This document shows positions 50,255 through 60,741 of a DNA stretch of 64,000 bases, piece after piece (within the stretch, counting starts at the first letter, position 1; every line of letters starts with the position of its first letter). The notes beneath the pieces were generated by a model. It was not told the DNA's origin. It saw only the letters and a program-made list of their open reading frames with translations, and did no database searches. Both the position numbers and the translations under genes were made by a program. This DNA is from Candidatus Latescibacterota bacterium (GTDB taxonomy: Bacteria; Latescibacterota; UBA2968; UBA8231). The DNA is taken from positions 2,752,001-2,816,000 of the forward strand of contig OZ241362.1 of assembly GCA_965200315.1 (NCBI GenBank), in the 5' to 3' direction.

Positions 50255-52852
50255 TTGGCGATCCTGTTTAACGAATTAAAGCAATCCGCTCTTGAATGGC
50301 GCAAGAACGGATATGCCTGTGATGAATACCCACTTATAGGCGAAATCCTCGCGTTCCAGATTGAAACACAGGAAGGCACCGCAACGCTCAAGTTCCTGCG
50401 TGACCCTCAGTTTCTCGCCCTTGAGGTGTATTGGTATGTCCGTCTCAAACTGAACACCCCTCACATCATAGACCTCTACAAGCACTACTACGGGGACGAT
50501 AAGAGAACTTTTTTTGAGACTCTCGGCGTTCCCATCTCGAGGGATGCGTTGGAATGGGCGACCACAGAGGCCGTTATCGAGAAGGTCAAAAGCGATCCCG
50601 ATTTTGTCTCTAAAAAGAAAATTCAGGCATTGCACGAGGCGGCGATGTTGGACTATCCGAGTTACATCCTCGCCTTGGCAATGGGTGCCGGGAAAACCGT
50701 GCTGATCGGGACGATTATAGCCACCGAGTTTGCCATGTCCCTGCGCTACCATCCCAAGGGCCACTTCATGAAAAACGCCCTCGTATTTGCGCCCGGCACG
50801 ACGATAATAGAATCCTTGCGCGAACTTAGCGATATGCCTTATGAGAACATTCTGCCGCCCGATCTCTATCGAGATTTTGCCGCCAATTTGAAAATTGAAT
50901 ACCCGAACAACGAAAAGGACATACAGGCTCAGACCAGCAGCAGCTATAACTTGATTATCACCAATACCGAAAAAATCAGTCTGCGAGCGCGGCGGAGAAG
51001 TAATCAGACCGAACTGGATTTCAAGGAAAAGGAACTACAAGCGAATTTGAGACTGCAAAAAATCGCCAGTCTGCCGGACCTCGGCATCTTCTCCGATGAA
51101 GCGCATCACACCTATGGAAATACCTTCAATCAGCTAAAGCGGGTGCGGGAAACCATCAACTACATCCATGAAAAAACCCCTATTGTCGCAGTCGTAAACA
51201 CCACCGGAACGCCTTATTACAAGAGACAGTATCTGAAAGAGGTTATTGTCTGGTATGGACTTGGAGATGGCATCAAGGATAACATCCTCAAAGATCTCAA
51301 CGACGGAATTCACCAATACGACATTAGCAAGCAGGCGGAGCAGAGCGTATTCAATGACATTATCCGGGAGTTTTTCAACCAATACGGCAAGGTCTCACTT
51401 CCGAACGGAGCAAAGGCGAAAATTGCTTTTTACTTTAAGACACAAGATCACTTGGACGATTCCCGTCCTTGGATTGAGCAGGCCATGACGGGAATGGGCG
51501 AAAACGTTTCTCAGATATTGGTTAATACCCAGCAATCAAGCCCGCCGGAAGTGGATGAATTTAAGCGCCTCAACAACCCGGCTAACCAGAAGCGCGTGAT
51601 TCTTCTGATTGGCAAAGGCGTTGAAGGATGGAACTGCCCAAGCCTGTTTGCCTGTGCGCTCATCAAAGAGCAGACGGCGAGCAACAACTACGTTTTACAG
51701 GCGGCGACCCGGTGCCTGCGACAGGTGCCGGGAAACAGGCACTCGGCGAAGGTATTTGTCGATTACGGCAATGTGCGGACGCTAGACAAGGAACTAAAAG
51801 ATAATTTTGGCACTGACCTCGACCTGCTCAGCGCGGCGTCGGGAGACAAGGAGACCGTAACACTGCGTATTGTAAAAACGGAACTGCCCAAACTGGAAAT
51901 CACCCGCACGATCAAGCGGGTTGTCCGCACTGAAAAACCAAGCGGTCATATCGCCCTGAACAAACCGGAATCGCAAGAAGTTCCTGTAGTACTACGCAGT
52001 ATCCTGACGCCGGATTTTAGCGGGCCACGGGAAATCCTGCTGCCGACTGGCGACACCAAGGAACTACCGGCCATAGCGGAGATGACGGGTTGCCATACTG
52101 CCGCTTGGAAGATCGCCTCGCGCTACCACCTGCCGGTAATGCCAATTTTGAAAAAACTCAATAGCCTGTATCCCGAAGGAGAAATGCCAAATAGCCATTT
52201 ATATGGGCTGTTCGAGCAAGTCGAGAGACAGCAAGCGAACTACGAAACCGTAGAAGAAAAAGTCACTGAGGCGATGGCCTTGATTCGGGTTCAGGATGAG
52301 AATGGAAATGATATTTTTGAAAAGGATGAGGACGGCGTTTACGTCCACCATCTGCGCCTGCTTAGGCGGACTTACGACCGGATGAGAACCGGCGGCCTGT
52401 TTGCCGACCGCGAGGAATATGTAGACGAGCACGACCTGACTTTTCACTACACGCCGTACAATTTTGACAGCGAACCGGAGCGGTCCTTTTTCCGGCAAAT
52501 TCTGTCCGCGCTCAATACAAACCCCGATGATGTGGAGGTGTTTCTGTTTACGGGCGGATTGACCGACCCAAAGAAGACTGACTTTCATTTTGAATACATG
52601 GGTGAGGACAAGCGATATCACCGCTATTTCCCCGACTTTGTCATTGTCAAGAAGACGGGCGAGTTTTACATTGTCGAGGTGAAAGATGAAAGCGAGCGTG
52701 GCGATAGAATAGTAGAGGCGAAGAAAAAGGCGGTAGAGAGATTGCAGAAGATGCAACCCGATAAGTTCAGGTATAATATCGTCTATACTTCGGCGACCGC
52801 AACGAGCGCGGCGCAAATCAAGCCAGTTGCTACTTGGATAAACTCACAGTGA
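50255..52852 (+). CDS. res: Type III restriction endonuclease Res subunit
   Basis: AMGAGKT, DEAHH, EGW, Q...R.LR, C-terminal PDF...VEVK; TTG after GGGAG. Confidence 0.85.
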   Translation: MAILFNELKQSALEWRKNGYACDEYPLIGEILAFQIETQEGTATLKFLRDPQFLALEVYWYVRLKLNTPHIIDLYKHYYGDDKRTFFETLGVPISRDALEWATTEAVIEKVKSDPDFVSKKKIQALHEAAMLDYPSYILALAMGAGKTVLIGTIIATEFAMSLRYHPKGHFMKNALVFAPGTTIIESLRELSDMPYENILPPDLYRDFAANLKIEYPNNEKDIQAQTSSSYNLIITNTEKISLRARRRSNQTELDFKEKELQANLRLQKIASLPDLGIFSDEAHHTYGNTFNQLKRVRETINYIHEKTPIVAVVNTTGTPYYKRQYLKEVIVWYGLGDGIKDNILKDLNDGIHQYDISKQAEQSVFNDIIREFFNQYGKVSLPNGAKAKIAFYFKTQDHLDDSRPWIEQAMTGMGENVSQILVNTQQSSPPEVDEFKRLNNPANQKRVILLIGKGVEGWNCPSLFACALIKEQTASNNYVLQAATRCLRQVPGNRHSAKVFVDYGNVRTLDKELKDNFGTDLDLLSAASGDKETVTLRIVKTELPKLEITRTIKRVVRTEKPSGHIALNKPESQEVPVVLRSILTPDFSGPREILLPTGDTKELPAIAEMTGCHTAAWKIASRYHLPVMPILKKLNSLYPEGEMPNSHLYGLFEQVERQQANYETVEEKVTEAMALIRVQDENGNDIFEKDEDGVYVHHLRLLRRTYDRMRTGGLFADREEYVDEHDLTFHYTPYNFDSEPERSFFRQILSALNTNPDDVEVFLFTGGLTDPKKTDFHFEYMGEDKRYHRYFPDFVIVKKTGEFYIVEVKDESERGDRIVEAKKKAVERLQKMQPDKFRYNIVYTSATATSAAQIKPVATWINSQ

Positions 52853-52971
52853 GGAGGTAGGCATGAAAACTCATAACTTATTCTTGATCATATTCTGACG
52901 ACTATCAAAAATTAAAGTCGCTACTGGAAACTCACAGTTGTTGAAACCTTCCTTTTGCAGGTAAAAATTAA

Positions 52972-54795
52972 ATGAAAACTCCACTCAAAATCGCCCCGAT
53001 CAAAGGTCGCCCAATGCTGCATTGGGTTGGCAAGAAACCACTAGACGTTGTGCGGCATTTTCCAGCGCAGTTGTGTGAGACGGTGGAAGTTGACAATCCG
53101 TCGGCCGAGCCGTCCTATAAGGAGTTTGTCAAGAGTAATTACAATCTGCTCTTTCACGGCGATAACAAGGAGATTCTCTCCTCGCTTTTGACTGCCGGAT
53201 TTCGGAGCAAGATTGATCTAATCTATATTGATCCGCCCTTTGATTCTGGAGCGGATTATGTCCGCACAGTTCGGTTGCGCGGGCAGTCTGTAAAACTGGA
53301 AGGCAAGGAGCATTCTTCTATTGAACAGGCGCAGTACGAGGATATATGGGCAAACGATAATTATTTACAGTTCATGTATGAACGGCTGATTTTAATGCGG
53401 GAATTGCTGAGTGATAAGGGCAGCATTTATCTGCATTGTGACCCGAACAAGTCTCACTCTCTTAAACTGCTCATGGATGAGGTATTCGGTACAGAAAATT
53501 TCTTGAATGATATTTCATGGTGCTACAGCGAGCGAGAGGCAGATAAAAAGAAATACAATTGGAAACACGACTGCCTACTATTCTATAGCAAGGATTCAAC
53601 AGCAAATAGGATTTTTAATTGGCGAGAAATTGCTATTGATTATGCGGAATCTAGCGTCAAAAAGTACAACCTGACAGACAATGCAGGTCGGCGGTTTCAA
53701 ATTAGAGGGGGCGGTGGACACCTAACTGGAAAACAACAACTCAAACTTGAAGATGAACAGAAATATCCCGATTGGACTTACCGAGATTATTTGGATGAAA
53801 AAGAAGGTGTCCCGCCCCGCGATTATTTCACCGATATAGATTTTGAGAATCGCGCATCGAATCGCAGGACAGAATATCCCACCCAAAAACCCGAGGCCCT
53901 TTTAGAACGTATAATCAAGGCGTCAAGCAATGAAGGTTCCATCGTCTTGGACTGCTTCTGCGGCTCCGGCACTACCGCCGCTGTTGCGGAAAAGCTGGGC
54001 CGCCGCTGGATTATGGCGGACCTGAACAAGGGCGCGATTCAAACCACCATCAAGCGACTGCAAGGCATTATCCAAAAAAAGAACGGCGATCTTATAGACA
54101 ATGGACGAGGGTTGATTCACTACCGGGTGAACAACTACGATTTTGCCAAAGAGAATGGACTTAAAAAAATTATCATCTCCAAATACGGTATTCAAACAGA
54201 TCGCAAGGACTTATTCTTTGACGGGTTAGCCGGCGAACAGTTGGCGAAAATCATTGAATTGAACCGACCACTGACTCGCCTAGACATTCAGATTATCAAG
54301 GACGAAATCGCCAACAACCGGCCTGACGAAACGCGCGATATCGCGGTTTTCTGCAACGGATCGGAATTGGGGATCATCGAAGAACTCGCCCAGGAGAAAA
54401 GTCCGATCAATAAAATAATCGTCCGCGACATTCAACAAGACGGCATGATCACTAACCATCCACCAGAAGCAGACGTGAGAATTGCCAAAAAAGGCAAAGA
54501 AGTTAAGATCAAAATTACCGACTACATTAGCCCTTCCATCCTTGCGAGAATGGAAATAGACAGAACATTCTTCGAGGAGCAAATCGGCGACTTTCAGGCA
54601 CAGATCGACTGCGTTCTAATTGACACCGACTACAACGGCGAAAATTTCAACATCGTAGAAAGCGACCTGCCGCAGAGGAAAACCGATTTCATCAAGGGTG
54701 AATACAAATTGACGCTTCCCCGCGCCGATGCGACAGTGGCGGTAAAAATAGTCGATATGCTGGGAGAGGAAGTGGTCGCGGTCGCACAACCGTAA
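52972..54795 (+). CDS. mod: Type III R-M adenine methyltransferase Mod subunit
   Basis: LIYIDPPF, YPTQKPE.LL.RII, LDCFCGSGTT. Confidence 0.9.
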   Translation: MKTPLKIAPIKGRPMLHWVGKKPLDVVRHFPAQLCETVEVDNPSAEPSYKEFVKSNYNLLFHGDNKEILSSLLTAGFRSKIDLIYIDPPFDSGADYVRTVRLRGQSVKLEGKEHSSIEQAQYEDIWANDNYLQFMYERLILMRELLSDKGSIYLHCDPNKSHSLKLLMDEVFGTENFLNDISWCYSEREADKKKYNWKHDCLLFYSKDSTANRIFNWREIAIDYAESSVKKYNLTDNAGRRFQIRGGGGHLTGKQQLKLEDEQKYPDWTYRDYLDEKEGVPPRDYFTDIDFENRASNRRTEYPTQKPEALLERIIKASSNEGSIVLDCFCGSGTTAAVAEKLGRRWIMADLNKGAIQTTIKRLQGIIQKKNGDLIDNGRGLIHYRVNNYDFAKENGLKKIIISKYGIQTDRKDLFFDGLAGEQLAKIIELNRPLTRLDIQIIKDEIANNRPDETRDIAVFCNGSELGIIEELAQEKSPINKIIVRDIQQDGMITNHPPEADVRIAKKGKEVKIKITDYISPSILARMEIDRTFFEEQIGDFQAQIDCVLIDTDYNGENFNIVESDLPQRKTDFIKGEYKLTLPRADATVAVKIVDMLGEEVVAVAQP

Positions 54796-54847
54796 ACTTT
54801 CAAACAAGAAAGAGCAAAAGAAGTTTTCTAGGGTAGATTTATTTTTT

Positions 54848-56794
54848 ATGAGCCAGCCCTGTATCAGCGACGCCCAATCCCTCGAGCCGCCCCCAGCCGT
54901 TCTCGACGCCGCGCTGGGCCGGCTCGGCTTTGAGCGCTTTCTGCCCGGCCAACGCGAGGCCATCGAAACCCTGCTCGCCACCGGTCGCCTGCTTTTGGTC
55001 GCCCCCACTGGCGGCGGCAAGAGTTTGACCTACCAGCTACCTGCGGCCCTCCTGCCAGGCACGGCCTTAGTGGTCTCGCCGCTCATCGCCCTGATGCACG
55101 ATCAAGTGCAAGCATTAGAAAGGCGCGGCCTCGCCGCCACGTACCTATCCTCCACTCTCGATGGCGACGAGTTGCGCCGCCGCATGCGCGGGGTAGCCCA
55201 AGGCCAGTACAAGCTGGTCTATGCCGCGCCCGAACGGCTGACCTTCTCCGGCTTCCGCGCCCTCCTGAGCCAGATCAAGTGCTCGCTCATTGCCGTGGAC
55301 GAAGCCCACTGCATCAGCGAGTGGGGCCACGACTTCCGGCCCGAGTACTTGCAGATCGGCGAGCTAGTAAGCGAGTTGCCCGATTGTCGAGTCCTCGCCT
55401 GCACCGCCACGGCCACGCCGGTGGTGCGCGACGAAATCCTCGAACGCCTCGGGCTGCCAAGCGGCACCCCACAGCTAGTGCGCGGCTTTGCGCGGCCCAA
55501 CCTCTCGCTGCGAGTCGTCGAAATCAACAGGGCCGCCGAGCGGCGGCGGCGGGTTGATGCCTTGCTGGCCGAAGCACTCAAAGGCCCCAACCGCAAACCG
55601 GGCACCGCCATCGTCTATGCGCCTACCCGCAAGGGCACGGAGGAAGAAGCCGCCCGGCTGCAAGGGGATGGCTGGCGGGTGGCCGCTTATCACGCGGGCA
55701 TGACGGGGCCAGACCGCGACGCCGTTCAGCGCGCCTTTATGCAAGATCAAATCCAAGTCGTGGTGGCTACCAATGCCTTTGGCATGGGTATTGACCGCGC
55801 CGATGTGCGCGCCATTGCCCATCTGGCCCCACCCAGCTCAATTGAAGCGTACTATCAGGAAGTGGGCCGCGCTGGGCGCGACGGCCAAGACGCCTACTGC
55901 CTGCTGCTGGTCTCGCCCGGCGACATGGCACTGCGCCGGCACCTAATACAAAGCGATGCCAACGGCCGCGCTCCCGACCAAGCGGTGGTCCAGCACAAGT
56001 GGAATCTCTTTTTAGAGCTGATGCGTTGGTGCGAGGGCGGCTCCTGTCGCCACGACGCGATTTTGCGCTACTTCGGCGACGAGGAAGAAACGCTCTCGGG
56101 CTGTGGTCGCTGCGACGTCTGTTGTAGTCTCTCTCATGCCGAGGCGGGCGATGCCACAGAGGTCGCCACCACCGTGCGCAAAGCCCTTTGCGCGGTCGCC
56201 CGCCTGCACGGACGCTACGGCATCCAAATGGCGGCCAAGCTCCTGCGCGGCACTCAAGACGTGCGTCTTGCACGCGACGGCCTAGATCGAACTCCGACCT
56301 TTGGCATCCTCAAGGAGTATCCTGAGCGCTGGCTTTTGCAGCTTTTGCGCCGGTTGGTCACGGCCGGTTGGATCGATTTTTCCGGCGGCGAGCGGCCGGT
56401 CGTGATCCTCACGGAAGAGGGACGCCAAGTCATTCACGCCGAGCGGCCCGCACGCCTACTGCTGCCGCCGAAGTCGGCCCCGCCCCCGGCAGCCCGCACC
56501 GCGCGCGTCCGTCCTTCGGCTGAGCTCAGGTCGAAGCCTCGCATTCCCGATCCTAGCGAGAGTTTTGACGAAAATGCCCAAGCCCTCTTCGATGCACTGC
56601 GCCATCACCGCATGACGCTGGCCCGCGACGAAAAGGTTCCGCCCTACGTCATCGCCAGCGACCGCACGCTCCGCGATATCGTCCTGCTGCGGCCTGCCAA
56701 CCTCGAAGAGCTCAAACTGGCGCACGGCATTGGCCCGGCCAAGGCCGAAAAATACGGCGACGGTCTGCTGGCTATCGTCCAACAGGCTGCCTGA
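54848..56794 (+). CDS. recQ: RecQ-family DNA helicase
   Basis: PTGGGKS, DEAHCISEWGHDFRP, QEVGRAGRDG, Zn cysteines, RQC and HRDC domains. Confidence 0.93.
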   Translation: MSQPCISDAQSLEPPPAVLDAALGRLGFERFLPGQREAIETLLATGRLLLVAPTGGGKSLTYQLPAALLPGTALVVSPLIALMHDQVQALERRGLAATYLSSTLDGDELRRRMRGVAQGQYKLVYAAPERLTFSGFRALLSQIKCSLIAVDEAHCISEWGHDFRPEYLQIGELVSELPDCRVLACTATATPVVRDEILERLGLPSGTPQLVRGFARPNLSLRVVEINRAAERRRRVDALLAEALKGPNRKPGTAIVYAPTRKGTEEEAARLQGDGWRVAAYHAGMTGPDRDAVQRAFMQDQIQVVVATNAFGMGIDRADVRAIAHLAPPSSIEAYYQEVGRAGRDGQDAYCLLLVSPGDMALRRHLIQSDANGRAPDQAVVQHKWNLFLELMRWCEGGSCRHDAILRYFGDEEETLSGCGRCDVCCSLSHAEAGDATEVATTVRKALCAVARLHGRYGIQMAAKLLRGTQDVRLARDGLDRTPTFGILKEYPERWLLQLLRRLVTAGWIDFSGGERPVVILTEEGRQVIHAERPARLLLPPKSAPPPAARTARVRPSAELRSKPRIPDPSESFDENAQALFDALRHHRMTLARDEKVPPYVIASDRTLRDIVLLRPANLEELKLAHGIGPAKAEKYGDGLLAIVQQAA

Positions 56795-56908
56795 ATGCTC
56801 ATAAACCAAAGGGGGAAGTAACTAAAAGTTTGTTTCTTTTGAGGATATGTTACCCTCGGCAGCGGCTCGGCATCTGCGTCGCCGAAAATAATCGTGCCGA
56901 CGGTCGAG

Positions 56909-57097
56909 CTAAGCGGTTGCTGGCGGCTCCGTTTTCTGGTCACCCAAACGACAGGAGGGCAATCTGATATACTGTCGGCCGCTGGCCTGCTCTTGCGCTT
57001 TGAGGTCCTCGACGATCAAATCTAAGTCGTAACCAAACCGCGCTGCATGTTCCTGTCTAATGCGCCGCACTTCGGCGACGATGGGATCATCTTTCAT
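56909..57097 (-). CDS. Small putative antitoxin
   Basis: MKDDPIVAEVRRIR...FGYDL; ATGA overlap with upstream PIN gene. Confidence 0.7.
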   Translation of the reverse strand: MKDDPIVAEVRRIRQEHAARFGYDLDLIVEDLKAQEQASGRQYIRLPSCRLGDQKTEPPATA

Positions 57098-57591
57098 GGC
57101 GCATCCTCCAAAAGTTCCTCCGGCTTACAGATGATCGCCGGCTCATATCCTTTATCTCGACAGAATGCCTCAATTCGCACCCTTGCGCTTGCACCAGCTA
57201 AATGGCGATAGTTCCACGTCAACAGATATGTACAGCGGTTGACTACGGCGACCGCAACGTGCAAGGCATCCTCAAGAGAAGTCTTAGGAATTGCTGCATT
57301 CTCTACCAACGTATGAGCCAAAGCTGTCGCGTTTGGGGTAATTTTGAGTAACTCCACACCTTTCAGTATATCCAGTCTGCGCTGAGCTACCTGCACATCA
57401 CCTCCACCTGCCTCTTGGAGCACCAGTTGCGAAGCAACAACTCTGAAGTCCTGTCTTCTATGCTCCCAACATTCTTGGGTCGATTGCTGATGTCCGGCTA
57501 TGACTACATCGCGGCTTGGCTTGGCCGCGAGGCAACTCGCCACCGTCGTCTCCAAGTAAACGACGGGGAGACTAGCCAGCTTGCTATTCAC
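57094..57591 (-). CDS. PIN-domain (VapC-like) toxin
   Basis: VYLETT, SQLVLQE, DALHVA, LLTWN.RHL. Confidence 0.85.
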   Translation of the reverse strand: MNSKLASLPVVYLETTVASCLAAKPSRDVVIAGHQQSTQECWEHRRQDFRVVASQLVLQEAGGGDVQVAQRRLDILKGVELLKITPNATALAHTLVENAAIPKTSLEDALHVAVAVVNRCTYLLTWNYRHLAGASARVRIEAFCRDKGYEPAIICKPEELLEDAP

Positions 57592-57828
57592 GATGCGCTC
57601 CGCTGGCCTTGCGGCTCAAGGCCGATTCCAAGATGACGCCTAGCACGTCAACTGCACTTTCTTGACATGGGCTATGGACATAACTGACATAAGTATAGAA
57701 GAATTTCGCGGTTAGGAAAATTTTTGCTACTTTGAGGAGAGTCGCCGTCGGGTCGCGAATGGCTACGGCGACGGTCTGCTCGCCATCGTCCAACAGGCCG
57801 CCTAACTCGCTCGTCTGGAGAACGTTTC

Positions 57829-58800
57829 ATGGCTACAATTCGCTGGGGCATCATTGGCTGCGGTGACGTCACCGAAGTAAAGAGCGGCCCCGCTCTTTAT
57901 AAGACGCCCGATTCCGAACTGGTAGCGGTCATGCGCCGCAGCACTGACAAGGCCCGCGACTATGCCGCACGCCACGGCGTACCCAAGTGGTACGACCAAG
58001 CCGACGCACTCATCGGCGACCCGGACGTCAATGCGGTCTATATCGCGACGCCCCCCGACACCCACGCTCACTACGCGGCCCAAGTCGCCCGCGCCGGCAA
58101 ACCTGTTTACGTCGAAAAGCCGATGGCGCGCAACTACGGAGAGTGCTTGGCAATGATCGACGCCTGCCGCCGGGCCGGGGTGCCGCTTTTCGTCGCGTAC
58201 TACCGCCGCGCCCTGCCCGCTTTCCTCAAGGTCCAGTCGCTAGTTGAGGAAGGGGCTATCGGCGCGGTGCGCTTCGCTTCCATCGCGCTCTGCCAACCCG
58301 CGTCAGAGGAGCCCGACGACCTGCCTTGGCGCGTCGTCCCTGAGATTTCGGGCGGCGGCTATTTCTTCGACTTGGCCTCTCACCAGCTCGACTTCCTCGA
58401 CTTTCTCCTCGGCCCCATCGCCCAAGCCTCGGGCCACGCGCTCAACCAAGCCGGGCTCTACCAAGCCGAAGACGCCGTTACCGCCAGCTTTGCCTTCGAG
58501 TCCGGCGCACTCGGCTTAGGAGTTTGGAACTTCGCCGCGGACCAGCACCGCGACCGGATCGAAATTGTCGGCGACAAGGGCCGAATCGCCTTTTCCACGT
58601 TTGCTTTCACCCCGGTCGAATTGATTGCCAACGCCGGCCCCCAAACCTTCGCCATTGACCCACCCCAACACGTCCAGCAACCCCTAGTCCAGACGGTAGT
58701 AGATGCCCTATTGGGTCGGGGCACATGCCCCAGCACCGGCGCAAGCGCCGCTCACACTAGCCGGGTCATGGACCAAATCGTTCACGGTCATGCCGCCTAA
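57829..58800 (+). CDS. Gfo/Idh/MocA oxidoreductase
   Basis: WGIIGCGDV, IATPP, VEKP, DLASHQLD. Confidence 0.92.
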   Translation: MATIRWGIIGCGDVTEVKSGPALYKTPDSELVAVMRRSTDKARDYAARHGVPKWYDQADALIGDPDVNAVYIATPPDTHAHYAAQVARAGKPVYVEKPMARNYGECLAMIDACRRAGVPLFVAYYRRALPAFLKVQSLVEEGAIGAVRFASIALCQPASEEPDDLPWRVVPEISGGGYFFDLASHQLDFLDFLLGPIAQASGHALNQAGLYQAEDAVTASFAFESGALGLGVWNFAADQHRDRIEIVGDKGRIAFSTFAFTPVELIANAGPQTFAIDPPQHVQQPLVQTVVDALLGRGTCPSTGASAAHTSRVMDQIVHGHAA

Positions 58801-59248
58801 AAGCCACGTCCTCAAAGCATCGATGACCTTGCCCCTCGGGCGCGAGGAGGTCTTCGCCTTCTTCGCCGAGGCGCAAAACCTCGAGCGCATTACCCCACCC
58901 GAATTGAAATTCGGCATCGTCAGCCCGACTCCCATCACAATTGCCGCCGGCACCCTCATCGACTATCGCCTCAGCCTCTTTGGCCTGTCCTTCACTTGGT
59001 GTTCGCGGATTTCACACTGGGACCCACCCCACTACTTTGTAGACGAGCAACTCAAGGGGCCTTATAGCTTTTGGCACCACACCCATACCTTCACTGAAAG
59101 CAGCGAGGGGACTGTGATCGGCGACCGCGTTCTCTACCGTCTGCCGCTGTGGCCGTTGAGCGCAATCGGTTTGCCTCTCGTCAAACTCCAGCTCAAACGC
59201 ATTTTTGCTTACCGGCAGCAGGCAATTCGCGAGCTATTGCTCCGCTAA
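58790..59248 (+). CDS. SRPBCC family protein
   Basis: VFAFF...NL..ITPP, FVDEQ.KGPY..W.H.H.F, IF.YR. Confidence 0.85.
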   Translation: MPPKSHVLKASMTLPLGREEVFAFFAEAQNLERITPPELKFGIVSPTPITIAAGTLIDYRLSLFGLSFTWCSRISHWDPPHYFVDEQLKGPYSFWHHTHTFTESSEGTVIGDRVLYRLPLWPLSAIGLPLVKLQLKRIFAYRQQAIRELLLR

Positions 59249-59410
59249 CGCCGCAGCGTTCGCTGCAAAATCACCTCCCTTTCCCGCCATTTTTGTCGCT
59301 CTAATCTGACAACTTTGCAATCAACGCTTGGGCAACGACCCAAATTTTCTTATTTATATAAACTTCCTCCTGCATGTATTCCATCTATCGCACCTAAAAG
59401 GGGGTTCGAC

Positions 59411-60703
59411 ATGCTGATTCGCGGAAAGTGGGGCCTCCTCGCCCTGCTAGCTTTTGTTTTTTTCGCAGTCCCCAATACTGCCTTCGCCCAAGACAAGCTC
59501 GACACCGGCGACACGGCTTGGATTCTGATTTCCACCGGCTTGGTTCTCTTTATGATGATCCCCGGCTTGGCCATGTTTTACGCCGGTTTGGTCCGCACCC
59601 GCAATGTGCTCTCGGTCTTTATGCACTGCTTTGGGATTGCAGCCCTGATCACGGTCTTGTGGACCATTTTCGGTTATAGCTTGGCCTTTACGGCCAGCAA
59701 CCCCTTTATCGGCAACCTGTCCAAGTCTTTTCTCAGCGGCGTTACTGTAGATAGCCTTTCGGGCACCATCCCGGAATTGCTGTTCTTCGTCTTCCAGATG
59801 ACGTTTGCCATCATCACCCCTGGGCTTTTTGTCGGTGCCTTTGCCGAGCGCATGAAGTTTTCGGCCGTGCTGTGGTTCAGTGGGCTGTGGTGCGTTTTGG
59901 TCTATCTGCCCATCACGCACATGGTCTGGGGAGAGGGCGGCTACTTGGGTGCAATGGGCGTCTTTGACTTTGCTGGCGGCATCGTCGTCCACATCACTGC
60001 CGGAGCAGCCGCGTTGGTCGCCGCGATCCTCGTCGGCAAGCGCACCGGCTATCCCGAGCAGCCCATGCCCCCGCACAACATGACCATGAATCTCGTCGGC
60101 ACGGCCATGCTCTGGGTGGGGTGGTTCGGCTTCAATGGCGGCAGTGCCTTGGCGGCGAATGGGCAGGCGGCTATGGCGGTCGTAGTCACCCAGATCTCGC
60201 CCAGCGTCGCGGCACTGACGTGGATTTTTATCGAATGGATCAAAAACGGCAAACCAAGTGCGCTCGGTTTTGCCACTGGTGCCATCGCCGGGCTGGCAGC
60301 CATTACCCCGGCTTCCGGGACAGTGGGGCCGCTCGGCGCTTTTGCCATCGGCCTGTGCTCCGGTGTCGTCGCTTATTGGGCCGCCACTTGGCTCAAGCGC
60401 ACCTGCGGGTACGACGACGCGCTCGACGTAGTAGGGGTTCACGGCTTCGGCGGCTTGGTCGGAGTTTTGCTGGTGTCCTTCTTCGCCTCGACCTCTTTGG
60501 GTGGCACCGTCGAGGGCCTCAACATGGGCAAGCAATTCGGCATCCAAGCCTTCGCCGCTGTCGTCACAGCCGTTTACACTCTGATCGTCTCGTTTATCAT
60601 TCTCAAGGTCATCGACTCAGTCAGCGGCCTGCGGGTAGATGAAGAGACCGAGGCCGACGGACTCGATGTGGGCGAGCACGGCGAAGTGGGATACGACCTG
60701 TAG
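59411..60703 (+). CDS. amtB: Ammonium transporter
   Basis: PGLA.FYAG, FQMTFAIITP, DFAGG.VVH, WFGFNGGS, DD.LDV..VHG. Confidence 0.96.
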   Translation: MLIRGKWGLLALLAFVFFAVPNTAFAQDKLDTGDTAWILISTGLVLFMMIPGLAMFYAGLVRTRNVLSVFMHCFGIAALITVLWTIFGYSLAFTASNPFIGNLSKSFLSGVTVDSLSGTIPELLFFVFQMTFAIITPGLFVGAFAERMKFSAVLWFSGLWCVLVYLPITHMVWGEGGYLGAMGVFDFAGGIVVHITAGAAALVAAILVGKRTGYPEQPMPPHNMTMNLVGTAMLWVGWFGFNGGSALAANGQAAMAVVVTQISPSVAALTWIFIEWIKNGKPSALGFATGAIAGLAAITPASGTVGPLGAFAIGLCSGVVAYWAATWLKRTCGYDDALDVVGVHGFGGLVGVLLVSFFASTSLGGTVEGLNMGKQFGIQAFAAVVTAVYTLIVSFIILKVIDSVSGLRVDEETEADGLDVGEHGEVGYDL

Positions 60704-60741
60704 TTCGCGGCCCAATAGCTCGCCGCTTGGATGGGGCTCCT

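Larger units (their letters stand above)
56753..57805. mobile_element. About 1-kb islet flanked by 42-bp direct repeats of the recQ 3' end
   Basis: 56753-56794 vs 57764-57805 match at 38/42, all differences synonymous. Confidence 0.75.
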
